A DNA stretch of 61,292 nt, filler included, from Sphacelaria rigidula (Eukaryota), in NCBI GenBank assembly GCA_964200075.2. It is 9 parts of 9 records of this genome, joined end to end, with 100 filler letters (N's around TTAATTAATTAA, not from the genome) between each part and the next. Parts side by side here need not be neighbours in the genome. Positions count along the whole stretch, not along the records: positions 34,109 to 40,829 come from CAXNAA020018422.1; positions 40,930 to 47,650 come from CAXNAA020018423.1; positions 47,751 to 54,471 come from CAXNAA020018424.1; 6 more parts are not named here. The stretch is one strand, 5' to 3'. The number at the start of each line of letters is the position of its first letter. Position 1 is the stretch's first letter. Below are positions 35,140 to 48,579 of this stretch, piece by piece. The position numbers and the translations under genes were made by a program. The notes beneath the pieces are model-generated. The model worked only from the letters and a program-made list of their open reading frames with translations. It was not told the DNA's origin and ran no database searches.

Positions 35140-36692
35140 TATATGTACATGTATCATTTCGCAGTTTTCACCACTTTTGCCGAGTGTTCTCTGGCTGCAA
35201 GGTATCTTAGCCCGCGCTTTCTTTTGCAGTGCACAATGGAGGGTCAGCGGTACATTACAGTTCAGGTTTGGGTGTCATCTGATACCTGTGGCGCGTGTTC
35301 TTGCCATCGAAAGTCGCCCACGCTGGCTCTTTTTCGCGGGGTGTTGATCCCGAACTACAAAAGCCTTTCCAAGATCGTCGAAAACTTCAAACAAGAGCCA
35401 CAAAAGCCCGCTCACATGGCGGGGTATTTTTTCACCGTGATTTTCTTTGCGTTCTCGATGATTTGGGAACACGAAGACAGTGGTTATGCAGCGAATGTCA
35501 CGAGAACATGAGAGCGAAGCAGTTGAAAATCGCTGGACATTGCCTTGACTTAGTCAGCGGCAAACACAAGTGGAATGATCTGAGACCCCTTCTCATTTAG
35601 TTTTGACGTGAAGCCTCTAACACGGTCATATCTGCGTAATATGTGCCCCACTTATGCGAACGTAACAATCCACAAAAAAAGCATCGTGAAGAACACTGAA
35701 GAATGTGTAAATTGGTATTAGAGGAAGGGGTCACAGCCACAGCTGCAGCAGGGGAAGTCGCTGATGGCCCGGTGTGCATTGATACGGCGAATACCCACGG
35801 TGCGTGGCATTTTGTTTTTTCAACACCCTGCTGTCAAATGACGGCTAGATAGAGTGGGTACAGTGATAGTTGATCACGCAGGCTGCGACGGATCCTGCCG
35901 GCCTCATCATCAACCTTCGCCTAGTTATGGACGAACGCTCGAAGAAACCCAGCGAATAAGCATCGTTTATGGTCCGCTACATAGGTCTATGTGAGGGTTG
36001 GGAGCTGAACACTTCCTCCTCAAAAATCTCGACAGTCGAAGATTGAGCTCCTGTCGCGCGACCAGTGGGAAGTGCTGCGGACTCTTGCCGGCGTACCTGG
36101 CACTGGGGGCGATATCCCGGTACAGACAGTCCCAACACTACCGGGACGGCCGTGTACAAGCCGGCAGCCGGACTGGCCGTTGCACTGGTGTTCTTCTAGC
36201 GTTAAAAACTTAGAGTACGGCCGCACAGGCTTTGCACGCGAATATTTCGGTGACTGCCTCACATCCAATTCGGCCATGTGCTGTGGATTATTTGATTATT
36301 TCACGATCTCACCGCCTCATATGTATGGAAATGTATTACACCCTAGACGAGAGCTTTCTACAGTCAGTATAAAATTTGAAAGCATGTACTGTGCACAGTA
36401 TAGAAGCTATTGCTTTCTGCGACGTGCACAATACTCGTACAAAAGTGGGAACAGCGCGCAGTATGACTTCGAGACAGTGTAGAAATCTCCACGCGGTATG
36501 AATTGTCACAGCCGGCTTGCGCGCCATAGCGGCTGTGTTACCATCCGCTCAATATACAGAGGCGACCTATTACTCTTGCGTGCAACACCCAGGGCAAATG
36601 CACACTTAGCTGCAACACCGACCGCTGTACTAGATGTGGCAGAGCGAGGGGTGGTACACCACGTACACACAGACAGCAAGCAATATCATACA
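35140..36692. mobile_element. Unclassified ~1.55-kb interspersed element, copy 1
   Basis: Collinear over its full length with the reverse complement of 44033-45592. Flanked by (TA)n on both sides. Confidence 0.8.
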
Positions 36693-39600
36693 CACATATA
36701 TATATATATATACATACTGTTTACAAGTGTGATTTGAAATCCGTGCGCGCTGGGTCGGGCCGGCATTTAGAGAACCCTGCACAATCCTGCCGTGTACTAC
36801 TGGGACGCGACCTTGTTTCAGTAGCAATCACTTGCGATGTGTGCTGTGACGGGTCTCGTGCGTCATGGTGTTTTTTCCACGTCCGCACACCGCCCGTGAA
36901 GTGAGCTCTTCATGCTGGAAGTGTCCACCGCTCTTCCCACTAGTCTTGGTCTGAGACATTCGAAGCTGCGAAATGTGACAGTACGAGTATCTACTGGAAG
37001 GTACATATTCTCCCACACAATCGCCTCCATCATATGAAAAAGTAATAACACTGGTATATTTTCGACTTGCGTCACCCCCGGGGGGCCAGTATCAACCTCC
37101 CGAAGGGGAACCGTGTATCAATATATATATATATATATTCATTTCGAATTCCTCCCCTTCGTCGGGGTGTGCCCTTCGTCCGGATGTGTCCATGGTCTCA
37201 ACACGTGACCGTCCATTATCCTTCAACTCAATGAGATGACTTGGCTAAAATGTGAACCTTGCAACATATGAACCATCATCTTGTTCATTTCTACCCGTAC
37301 ATTTATTGGAAGAGACGTTTTACGATAGCCCAGCAGCCTGTGATGAAGCTCGGAGGTGTTGCAAGATATACGCTGTGCGGGTCTGCTCGTAGACCCTGAG
37401 TTCCGTGACGCGTTGTTATCGCGTTTGCTATTGTCATTAGTTGGGATTATTCCGGCCACCAGGGCGTCGACCCATCTCAATCAGTTACCGGCTTGCCTTG
37501 GTCTCTACCCTGGGCCATCTCTACGCTCTGCTCCTATGGCTGCGCCCCGGCTATACTGAGTACGAGAGGCATGTAGATATAACATGACGCTGTGAAACAC
37601 GTGAGTTCCTAATCAATAGTCTGCACATGGATGAGCCGTCTGTGTGATTGTTCTTGATGGGTAGCTATAGGTCGTACGTTGTGCCCACGTGGGAACTTGG
37701 GCTAGCTGGACCCAATGGTATCTCCTGGTACTCGTACTGAGAGGCCTCAGTCAGTGCATTAGCTACGCTATCATTATAACAATTGGCGTCGACGGTACGC
37801 CAATTGTTATAGTGTTAGGCGGGATGCACCCTCTTGGTGCAAGCCAGTCGGGTCAAAGGTCAGATTTTTCCAAGGCCAACACTGGCAGTTCTGTCCTCAC
37901 AAAGGATCGAGTTACAGACGTGTCCAAATCAGCTAACACCACAACAGCTTCACGCAGTAAGCTATACCCACTTGATACAAAGACTCTTGTTCACTCGTAT
38001 TCATTATCACTCCTTTCAATGCTCTCTCAGCTGCTCTCTGGCTATAGCAAATGCTCAGCAGTACTCCACCTTAGCGAGTACCGCGGCGAGGGCTCAAGGA
38101 CCCATGCCTGTACCTTCTTTCAGTCTCATATCCGGCCTAGTCAAGCTTGATCAGACCCGCAACTATAGAATCCCAGATTTGATCATAAACGCCTTCTAGC
38201 TTCATGACACGCCCCCCAAACATGGCTGGTTTGGGGAGGCAAAATCTACACGTGAATCGAAGTGAAAAAGCCGAGCACAACGAGCAGCTGAAAGTTGTCA
38301 CGCTTGGGTTCGTTTTCGCCAATGTCGCCCACATGTGGCGCTTCATGCAGCTTGAAATCAAACACCAAGCGCTGTGTGGCGATTTTCTTCATGACAGTGT
38401 TGGGCGGTTTATTTCGTTTTAGGGGGGGGCTATCGTAGAAAGTCCCGAAGAATTCCCAATAACGTCCCTTTTACCCTGTGATTGTTGCAGGGCAAGTCGA
38501 TACTACGCCCAATATATGCACAGCATATTCCTCCCTTTCTTCCGACAGTCGCGCACACTCCATGTATTGTGATAAGACTGTATACCACTTCATCACATCA
38601 CGCAACGACAAACAACTCACAGTAGTCACAACTCGCGTATGCAAATAACGAGAGACGAAGACACGCCAGACCGCCCTTTGGCCTACTTAGTCCTTATCGT
38701 TCACGCACGCCACTCCCTTTGGGATTCCTACGATAGGGAAGCAAGCATCTTATTTCAGAGAAAACTCCAAAACGTCTCCTGTGCTGCCACAAAAACCCAT
38801 GGGTATTGGAAACACATTTTTAAAAGTCATTCTCTTCACGAGAGCTCGGCCGGGTTCGTCCCTTCAAATTCATGGCCCCTCAGATGTCGATTGTCACGGG
38901 GGGGCTTTAACAATTAATATGACACTCGGGTTTCGACCCTTCCAACGCACACAGAGGGTACTCTCCGAGGTATACCTCCCTGCCCGAGGGTCTTCATACT
39001 GTGCATCCTTCCTGGGGGTTGTGGTTGGGGTTACGGTTGGCGTGAAGGCCAAGGCCTAGGTAACCGTACGCACGAGCCCAGGATGTGAGGAAAGGAGAAA
39101 GAAATACCCACCTACTTCTCTTCGGCATCTACGAGTTCCGCCAACAACACCCAATTAGGTTCTATGTTTCTCATCGAGTTGGGAAATATAGTGTGAAAGT
39201 CTTTCTATGATAGCTCCCCGCAAAAAAGTGGCTGGTTTGGGGAGACAAAAACTACACGTATATCGATATTTAAAAAGCCGAGCACAACGAGCAGCTGAGA
39301 ATTCCCCCGATTGCGTTCGTTTTCGCCAATGCAACCCATACGAGGCGCTTCAAGCTGCCTGGAAACCGAATATCAGGCGCTGAATGGCCATTTTCCTCGT
39401 GACAGTTTAAGGCTGGTTTCGGGGGGCAGGCGTTTTCATCTGTTGCTTGCCTTGGTCGTTTGACCATTGACCACGCATCCCTTCGAGATGGAGCAGGGTG
39501 AGGGGGGGTGGGGGGGTATTTTAGAAAGATTTTAAGAGTGCTGTAGAGTAAAGTTCCCGTATCAACCGAATCAGGATTAGAGGGTGGGGCTCCAACCGCG

Positions 39601-41299
39601 TCGTGGGCAGAGCCAAAGTCTACATCGTACTTGAATATCGAGATTGATGTGGGATGCCCCTCGGAACCTAGGGTATCCAGTAGGGTATCCGTCGTTACAA
39701 GGGGGATCTGTTTTGTTCACCTTGGTTACATCTATCGTTTGACCACAGCTAGATTCCTACACGATCAGCTCATGTACAACAGCCGCCGCGCCCCGGTAAT
39801 CCACCTTAAAATGGTACAACTGACACCATTAGAGCGGGAATAAGGCCGTTTCGATTCCCATCAGATGCATCTCGTTTGGATTTTTTCCCTGAAAGGGACC
39901 TGGTTCCCGCCGTTGAAAGCGTGAGAACGTACGTACGTCAGTAGCAAAAACAATCAGTGTGGCCAAAGGGTTTGTTAGACGGCAGTCGACGCAGATCGGC
40001 AGCGCTAAATCAATACACGATATCAATATATAAGGTGTGTACCGGGAGAGAGAGAGAGAGCTTCGTTCGCAGAGTCTGGTTCCGTCATCGAGGTAATACA
40101 TTGCTCATCACAATTTTTCTTTTTGTTTCTTCAGCGGTAGAGCATGCATGACCAAGTTGGTCTGCAGTTCACAGCAATATGCTTCAATCGAGCTGATTCG
40201 AGAAACTGAAGAAGTTGTTGTGTACGGGGGGGGTTCGGTGTTTCACGAACTGGCCCAGCTCGTATATATTTTTGCCGAACGTTCAGCCCCTTCCCTTACC
40301 CGGGGCCAGCCCGTATCCTGGAGGGACCAAGTCGTCTTGTCCCTCCGTACACTCGTTACACGTGCTAATTCGGGTTGGGTCAGCCATCTCGCGCCGCGAC
40401 TACTCTCGGCGACCAATTAATTGAGTTTTGTTACTCGCGTCCCCGCGCTTTCAATGAATTTCATACAGTTGTTTTTCCAACAAAGCCACATCTGCCAGGT
40501 TTTGAACCCTTAATCTGCCTCGACTCGTTTCAGTTGCATCAAATTACTTATATGTGTACTGCAATCAATCAGGAATATTGAATCTGCTACGGCTATCACT
40601 TAACGCCCGACTTGTGCAGTACCGAATCCTACAATCAGTAGTATCACTATTGTTGGCTGGTTGTTCAGATCCTGCAACCTTTTCTGCCTCCGGTCGAAGT
40701 TCAGTCGTCCTTTGCTACCCATGCGCCTTTTGGACGAGCATGAGGGGCATCGCTATTCCCCCCCCCCCCCCCCCCCCCCGCCCCCGACCTCGACACCACC
40801 CCACGACCACAACAACCCGAGCAAACCCCNNNNNNNNNNNNNNNNNNNNNNNNNNNNNNNNNNNNNNNNNNNNTTAATTAATTAANNNNNNNNNNNNNNN
40901 NNNNNNNNNNNNNNNNNNNNNNNNNNNNNTTGCACTCTGTGATCACGGGTTCGAGAGACCGAGCTAATGTGATGGATATAATATATAATAATATAATAAT
41001 ATAATATATTATTCTTATTCTTATTCTTATTCTTCTTATTCTTTGTCGCACTTTGAACCCCTCCCCGTGCTCGGGATGAGTCCGTGGTCTCAAGGGATCA
41101 ACTCATCTCCCCCCCGGTACACGCCCGCTATGCTGCAATAAAAGTTCAAAGACGAGACATCAAACGTGGACACACTATCCGTGGCCTGCAGGAGTACGGA
41201 GACATCATGTCATCATGTCATCCCGACAGTACGTACCCTGACAGTTACCGTCACTCGCCAGCCATTTGCAGGACAAAACACAAAAGAGCTCTATCCCAC

Positions 41300-41561
41300 C
41301 TGTCGACACGTTACCCCCGAGCCCGTCCAGCACCGTGTCCAAACCTACAACGCCCGTGCTGCCGCCGCCGCCACCGTCACGACCATTAGCCTGCAGATTT
41401 ATCGTCTGTCCATCCGCTCCGTTGTTCGTCGAAGGGGCACCTACTCTGTCAACCGGCCCCGCCAAGTTGCAGCTTCGAAGGGCTGCCCACAGAGCGGCAT
41501 CAGAATGTGTTCCAGATGGGTCGAGGTTTTCTCGAACCGTTCCTCGGAAGAGGAGAGGTTC
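41300..41561 (-). CDS. ABCC/MRP-type ABC transporter exon (NBD, up to the signature motif)
   Basis: EPLLFRGTVRENLDP...DAALWAALRSCNL...GGNVST(G). Canonical TTCCAG| acceptor and |GTGGG donor. Joins the upstream exon in frame. Confidence 0.9.
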
Positions 41562-43003
41562 CTGGAACAATTTTGGGAAGACATCATCAGTGGGATATTG
41601 AAAGGTTACTGTGAGGACTGCGTACCAAGTGATCGGTTTCCTTTCGACATATTCAGTATGTTTCTAAATTAGTTTTCCGAGTTCCCGATAGTGGTACAGC
41701 ATGCTTTTATTTCAGAATAAAATATCAACAGGTCATATTTGTTTCAACCGCTGATTTTTCGGATTTTCCACCGCCGCGGACAAACTTGGTCGCAATATCA
41801 GGAAATTATTCGAAGGTTCGGACAAGATGATCACCATAAAGATCGTGGGTTGATATGAAACATGAAATGTCACAGGTGGCCCTAGTATCTAAATAATAAA
41901 CATAGTAACTGAAATGTCCCAAGATATCATCGGCGGAATTTGAGCTGTCCTTGACACTACGAAAGAGAGACATCCGTCGGTAGGGGGAATGTAACGTATT
42001 TCCCAAAACAAAAGAGTTCATGGGTGTTATGCCACGGTCCCACGTACATACGTGTAGCTGAGTGTGGCAGACCGTCGTGAAGCTACCGATGAGTGGGTGA
42101 CTATCTACATCGAAACCAAGCTTCATTTTCAGCACTCCTTAGTGCTTTAAAAGTCACCCAAACACCCTCTCCGCTACCATGTGATGCTTCCCAACCGCGT
42201 TGATCGTCAAACTGTCCAAGTCGAGGGTTGCAACAGCCAGCCCACACACAATGAGCGCTTATGTTGTCAACTCATCACCGAATATATAGCACAAAAGTAC
42301 ACTTAGTTTCTCTTGTCCTTCATCACGACATTCGTGGTTTCTTCTTGTCTCTCAACGATTGTTGTTCCTTGTCAACCACAGCATCGCGAAATTTCCGCTG
42401 TTGGCGCTGTCGAGGTGGTGGTGGTGGTGGTGGTGAGGGTACGGACTTCCCAAATTCTACAAACCCTGTTGTTCCGCCGTCGCCACCGCTCGTCGTTTGC
42501 CACGCCGAGTGGCCTTTCGCGCATAGCCATCATCCCCTCGTTTCCACGAATATGCCATACTCCAAGCCAGCAGGTGAGCTCCCATGTTCAAACACATACG
42601 CAACACAAATCCCTGGGTCTCGGCCTTACTACTTGCTGACCGGCCTTCGCCCGAAACCAGGCTAGGCTCCCAACTGACACAAACTAACACAACGCAGGGT
42701 TTCTATGGTAGCTAAGAGCGATGAATATTCATAGGGCATAGTCGAATCCATTCAACACAAGCTCAGAGTTGGGGCCTCTGGTTATAGCTACAGCGGGTTT
42801 CAAAATAGAAAAGTAGTAATCATCATTTCTCAGTCGGGATTGGGTCTAAACACAGGGGACAAGAGTCAAATGACTTGACGCAAAAAGCAGCAATATTCGT
42901 GGGTCAACATCGGTCACACTTGATGAGTTGAGCCGCGGGTTTCCAAAAAGCGAAGCCTCCACTGGCTGCTTCAACAGTCCTCTACAGTCGGAGGAGGTCT
43001 CAC

Positions 43004-43162
43004 CTGCGGGATAACCGCCAGTCTTGAGCGGAGAACAGCCAATGGCAGTTTCGAGATGTCCACTCCGTCGATGCACACGGTACCTTCTTCGTAGGCGTAT
43101 AGTCCGAACAGAATCCTTACCAGGGAAGTTTTGCCCGATCCTGTCCGTCCCACGATTCCCAC
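43004..43162 (-). CDS. ABCC/MRP-type ABC transporter exon (Walker A, Q-loop)
   Basis: [14 protein letters not shown]...[26 protein letters not shown]| acceptor, CAG|GTGAG donor, 159 bp. Confidence 0.92.
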
Positions 43163-43354
43163 CTAGCCAGAGGGCAAACACAGACGAACAACAAGGCGTA
43201 GAGGTGGGCAGACGACGCGTTTTTAACCAATGAAGACGAACGAAGACAAGCGATAGGACACACATGAAGCTAATCGCGCGACACAGGTCGAAATTCCTGC
43301 GAAAACAAATAACTAGGATCCTTTGAAAACAACGTGCCGCTTCGAGTCAATTTC

Positions 43355-43853
43355 AAGGGCAATATACAAAAAAGGGTGCACCCTTATGCTTTTGGAGCAA
43401 AAAAGGGTGGCGCATTTTTAGAAAAGGGTGGCGCATTTTTCGCTTTGGGATGACCGTACCGCCGTCTCAGCGCAAGTTACGCCGAGCAGTCACAACCATA
43501 GCCATTTCCGGGAAACCTACACCCCGCCAAAAAAGGCCGAAACACAACGACCAGGAGAGTGTGGCCCCCCTGTTGGTCGGCCCGAAGACCCGGAAGATCC
43601 AACGATGCATACAGGTCCCTTGTGTGCCGGACCTCACGAAGATCCAACGAACACGGGTGAACATCTTGCCGGCACACCAGCCCGAACGGCACCACGCGGG
43701 GGCGGCAACGTCAGACCGTTGCCGGATCTGCAATTTGCGGCTCGGAAACGGAGGTGTTCGGCCAGCGTGCAGCGCCGCGCCCCAAAGCGAAAAATGTGCC
43801 ACCCTTTTTTGCTCCAAAAGCATAAGGGTGTACCCTTTTTTGTATATTGCCCT
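43355..43853. mobile_element. MITE with ~65-70-bp terminal inverted repeats (intronic)
   Basis: AAGGGCAATATACAAAAAAGGGTGCACCCTTATGCTTTTGGAGCAAAAAAGGGTGGC is mirrored at 43790-43853. No clear TSD. Confidence 0.8.
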
Positions 43854-44032
43854 TTTTTCCGGGGGCAATATCACGTCATCCCCTGCTTTCCTTTTTTTTG
43901 CACATTGTACAAATGATGTGCGGACCACATACCGGTGGTGGCCTGATCAAGAACCGCGTTATTCGCATACTGCCTGAAGCGAGCTTATGTTCCCGGTATT
44001 TCCGAGAGAGCCTATATTTCCGAACAGAGGAA

Positions 44033-45592
44033 GTATGATACTGCTTGCTGTCTGTGTGTACGTGGTGTACCATCCCTCGCTCCGCCACATCTAGTACAGC
44101 GGTCGGTGTTGCAGCTAAGCATGCATTAGCCCTAGGTGGCGCACGCAGGGGTTATAGGCCGCCTCTGCCGCTATAATTCCTGCCTGTATCTTGAGCGGAG
44201 CTGTATGGTAAGACAGCCGCTATGGCGCGCAAGCCGGCTATAACAGTTCATACCGCGTGGAGATTTCTACACTGTCTTCAAGTGATACTGCGCGCAGTTT
44301 CCACTACGAGTATTGCGCACATCGCAGTAGGCAATAGCTTCCATACTGTGCACAGTATATTCTTTTAAAATTGTATTCTGGCTGTTGAAAGCTCTTGTTC
44401 AGGGTGCAGTTCATTTCCACACATCTTAGGCGGTGAGATCGTGAAATAATTCACAGCACATGGCCGAAGTGGAAGTGAGGCAATCACCGAAATATTCACG
44501 TGCTAAGCCTGTGCGACCGTAGTCTCAAGTTGATGGCGCTAGAAGAACACCAGTGCATAGTCCATCCCGGCTGCCGGCTTGTTTGCACGGCCGTCCCGGT
44601 AGTGATGAAACCGTCTGCACCGGGATGTCGCCCCCAGTGCCAGGTATGCCGGCAAGGGTCCGTGGCACTACCCACTGGTCGCGCGACAGGAGCTTAACCT
44701 GCGACTGTCGAGATTTTTGAAGCGGGAATGTTCAGCTCCCAACCCTCACATATATACCGGACCATAAACGATGCTTGCTTGCTGGGTTTCTTCGAGCGTT
44801 CATCATAACTGGGCGAAGATTGATGATGGGGCCGGCAGGATCCGTCGCAGCCTGCGTGCTCAACTGCCTATGTACCCACTATAGCCGTCATCAGGCAGCA
44901 GGATGTTGGAAAAAAAAAATGCCATGCTCCGTGGTTACGCACCGTATCAATGCAGACCGGGCCATCAGCGACTTCCCCCGCTGCAGCTGTGACAGTGACA
45001 CCTTCCTCTAATACCAATCTACAGATTCTCCAATGATCTTCAACATGCTTCTGTGGACAGTTGGGTTCGCATACCTAGGACCCACATTACGCAGATATGA
45101 CCGTGTTGGAGGCTTCACGTCAATACTAAATATTAAGGCATCTCAGATCATTCGACTTGTGTTTGCTGCTGACTAAGGGCAAGGCAATGTTCAAGTGTTT
45201 TCAACTGCTTTGCTCTCATGTTCTCGTGACGTTCGCTGCATGACCGCTGTCTTCGTGCTCCCGAGTCAACGAGAACTCAAAGAAAATTACGGTGAAAAAT
45301 CCCCCGCCATGAACAAGCTTTTTGTTGTTCGGGTTTCTGTTCGAAGTTTTCCACGATCTTGAAAAGGCTTCTGTGGTTCGGGATCGAACACCCCGCGGAA
45401 AAGGTCCAGATTGGGCGACTTCCGGTGGCCAGAACACGCGTCGCAGTTATCAGATGACACCCAAACCTGAACGGTAATATACCGCTGCGCCATCTTCGTG
45501 TGCTGCAAAAGAAAGCGCGGGATAAAATGCCTGGCTGCCAGAGAAAACGCGGCAAAGGTGGTGAAAAATGTGAAATGATACATGTACATATA
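44033..45592. mobile_element. Unclassified ~1.55-kb interspersed element, copy 2
   Basis: Reverse-complement homolog of 35140-36692. Confidence 0.8.
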
Positions 45593-47750
45593 TGAATATC
45601 AATATGTTCAATAGTGATGTCGATTAGCACACGAGTGGAGCGTGCTACCTGCTATCGTTCAAGCCCAACATTATTGTTCTCGTAGCGTCACAAAATGATG
45701 TGATTTTCGCTGCTCTTGGCTTCGTCTTTACCCTAGACTTCTGGGAGACGACTGAAGTGCCCCCGAGAGCACCTGAACGTCCCTGAGAGTACTTGAGCTT
45801 GTTGTGCGTCCGGAAACGAGAAGGACGATACCGTGCGCGATGACGGCTGTTGTAGAATACTAGACCGCTCCTAGGATTGTCTACAACATCTTCTGCAGCG
45901 ATGAGTTCGGGATTTCCGCCGGTCATCGGCCACCACGCGCGATCATGGCGTCCGCGGATACTAGTCGCGTCTGTAGGTTATTTACAGCCTCTACTGCCGC
46001 GGAAAATTCGGTAGTTCCGCTGGTCATCGCTCCTCGCTCGATATGTGGACGGTTCTATGTCCTCAGCATATCATAATATCTCTATGGCTTGTCCGGGGCG
46101 CATTACCTTAAAGTGCCGCCTTTCGTCGACAATATACTACGTACAAAGACGTTCACCGTAGGATACAAGACGTATCTGAAGTTTGTCTTCGTCATCTATT
46201 GCTGCTGTGAGTGCAGTAACTCCGCCGGCCTTCGCCTCTAACCCGGTGTCCAGACGTGTTTGTATGTTCAACGATCATGATCTCAGCAGGCCTCTCTTGC
46301 TGTCGACACTTTACACTGCTCGTAAAACCGCCTCCACGAAATTGAATATACGAAGCACGCTACCACGCACGACCGTAGGATACTAGGTAGATCTTGCTGT
46401 GCATTCTCTACGGCATCTACTGCCGCTGTCAGTGCAGTCTTCACGTTGGTCATCGCTTGTCCCCCGATGTGTCCACTTGTCCGTGCTCTCTTACATAGTC
46501 ATGATCTAGGCGATCAAGCGTTCCTTGTGGAGCACATGTGCCTTCCAAATTTGCGTTTTTTCAAGCACACGACCACATGCGATGACTGCGACTAAGGGTA
46601 CTTACTTTACCTGTGTGAGCTTTTTTTCCACGGCATCCCCGGGGCACATTCATTTCTTACACTTGCCTGTACAAACACTGTTAATCTTGGGCCATACTAC
46701 TCGTTACTCGGCCCCTTGTGTTGCACTCCCCCGGAAACAAAGACTGGCTACTCGTCTACCGCCGTTAAGGTAGAACCCGGTACATGGCTAAGAATGAAGC
46801 AGCAGTAGTAGTACCGTACTCGTATCGTAGTTAGACATACTTGTTACCGCAGCTCGTATTATGTGGCGTACATACCTTCGATAGGTCGTGGATCTGTTTA
46901 GAGCACGAATTCGTGAATATATCAGGCGACAAGCGATGGTCTGGGGAAATACTGCAGTGACCATAGCTACCGTAGACAACACACAGCAAGGTCTAGTATC
47001 GTACGGTCGCGCGTGGTAGCGTGCTCCCTACGTTCCATTGTCAGAGGCACTTGAGCACAATGTGCCCCCGGAAAAGACCTATGGAGATCATGGTTAGAAA
47101 TACGTTCACGTTTTTATATCGGATGAGAAACGGTTACCAGCAGCAGTACTGCACCCACAACTGGAAAGGATGCCGCAGTTAGCCCTCAGTCACGTCTGGT
47201 GTCCTGCAGTACCCGCCATCGCGGGTGGTGGCGTTGTATATAGTTTCTATCTTCGGGGCACTTCAGCTGCATATTTAGCTTCATAAGACGACCTGTGTGG
47301 AGAGATTGTTATCGAGAGCACGAACCCGTCTGCACATCGACCGAGAAGCAATGAACAGGCTACCCTCAAGCAGGTCCAGTATTCTACGGTCGCCGTCGTC
47401 GTGCGGGAAACTCGTGCCCATACCGCGAAAATAGTGCGTATGCTTGCTCCGTGTCCAGTAGAATACTCACTACTCTCAATACACGAAGCACCTTCGGTTT
47501 CAGAGGTGCACCTACAGTACGTCCCGCAGCCGACTCGGTAGGATTTGGGGGTACCGTCCCCCCTTCCCCCTTCCAATAAAAATAAAGCAACTCATTGTAG
47601 GCTGGTATCCAAATGCAAGATGATCAGTAGGCTTCGGGCCGAACAATCTTNNNNNNNNNNNNNNNNNNNNNNNNNNNNNNNNNNNNNNNNNNNNTTAATT
47701 AATTAANNNNNNNNNNNNNNNNNNNNNNNNNNNNNNNNNNNNNNNNNNNN

Positions 47751-47878
47751 TGTTGTTGTTGTTGTTGTTGTTGTTGCTGTTGCTATTGCTGTCGTGATGG
47801 CTGCTGCTTCGGCTGCTGTTTTGGTCGTTGTAGTTGTTGTGGTCGTTGTTGTCGTTGATGTGATGGTTGTGGTTGTGG

Positions 47879-47946
<68 letters not shown>

Positions 47947-48196
47947 GCTGTTGCTATTGCTGTCGTGATGGCTGCTGCTTCGGCTGCTGTTGTGGTCGTT
48001 GTAGTTGTTGTGGTCGTTGTTGTCGTTGATGTGATGGTTGTGGTTGTGGTTGTTGTTGTTGTTGTTGTTGTTGTTGGTGTGGTGGTGGTGGTGGTGGTCG
48101 TCGTCGTCGTTGTCGTTGTGGTCGTTGTTGTTGTTGTAGTTGTGATCGTTGTTAATGTGGTGGTGGTGGTTGTGGTTGTTGTTGTAGTAGTTGTGG

Positions 48197-48230
<34 letters not shown>

Positions 48231-48400
48231 GATGGTTGCTGCTGCTGCTGTTGTGGTCGTTGTAGTTGTAGTTGTTGTGGTCGTTGTGGTTGTTGTAGTT
48301 GTTGCGGTCGTTGTGGCCGTTGTAGTTGTGGTCGTTGTGGTCGTTGTTGCTATTGTTACCCATATGAATGATGGTGGTGTTATTGTTGTTATTGATGATC
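47751..48400. repeat. Compound trinucleotide microsatellite (GTT/GTG/GTC/GCT)n with an internal duplication
   Basis: Long (GTT)n tracts. Block GCTGTTGCTATTGCTGTCGTGATGGCTGCTGCTTCGG occurs twice (about 47776 and 47947). Confidence 0.95.
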
Positions 48401-48579
48401 GTGGTGCTACTGTTGGCACCATGGTTGGCACCGTTGGCGACGAAGGTGTCCACGTGACCGGCTGTCGTTTCTCCTGGCCCACACAAGTGATCCGATCGTG
48501 GCGTGCCCGGTGCCTCCGACGGCTCGAGGAGAGCACGGAGAGGAACCTTGTACAGGAGGTACCGCAGAGCTTGAAGACC
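48360..48579 (-). CDS. Armadillo-repeat protein (ARMC8-like), third visible exon; 3' boundary uncertain
   Basis: CCCGCAG| acceptor at 48580. GLQALRYLL continues the ARM helix from VVLQ. The frame stays open into a poly-Asn/His tract. Confidence 0.55.
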
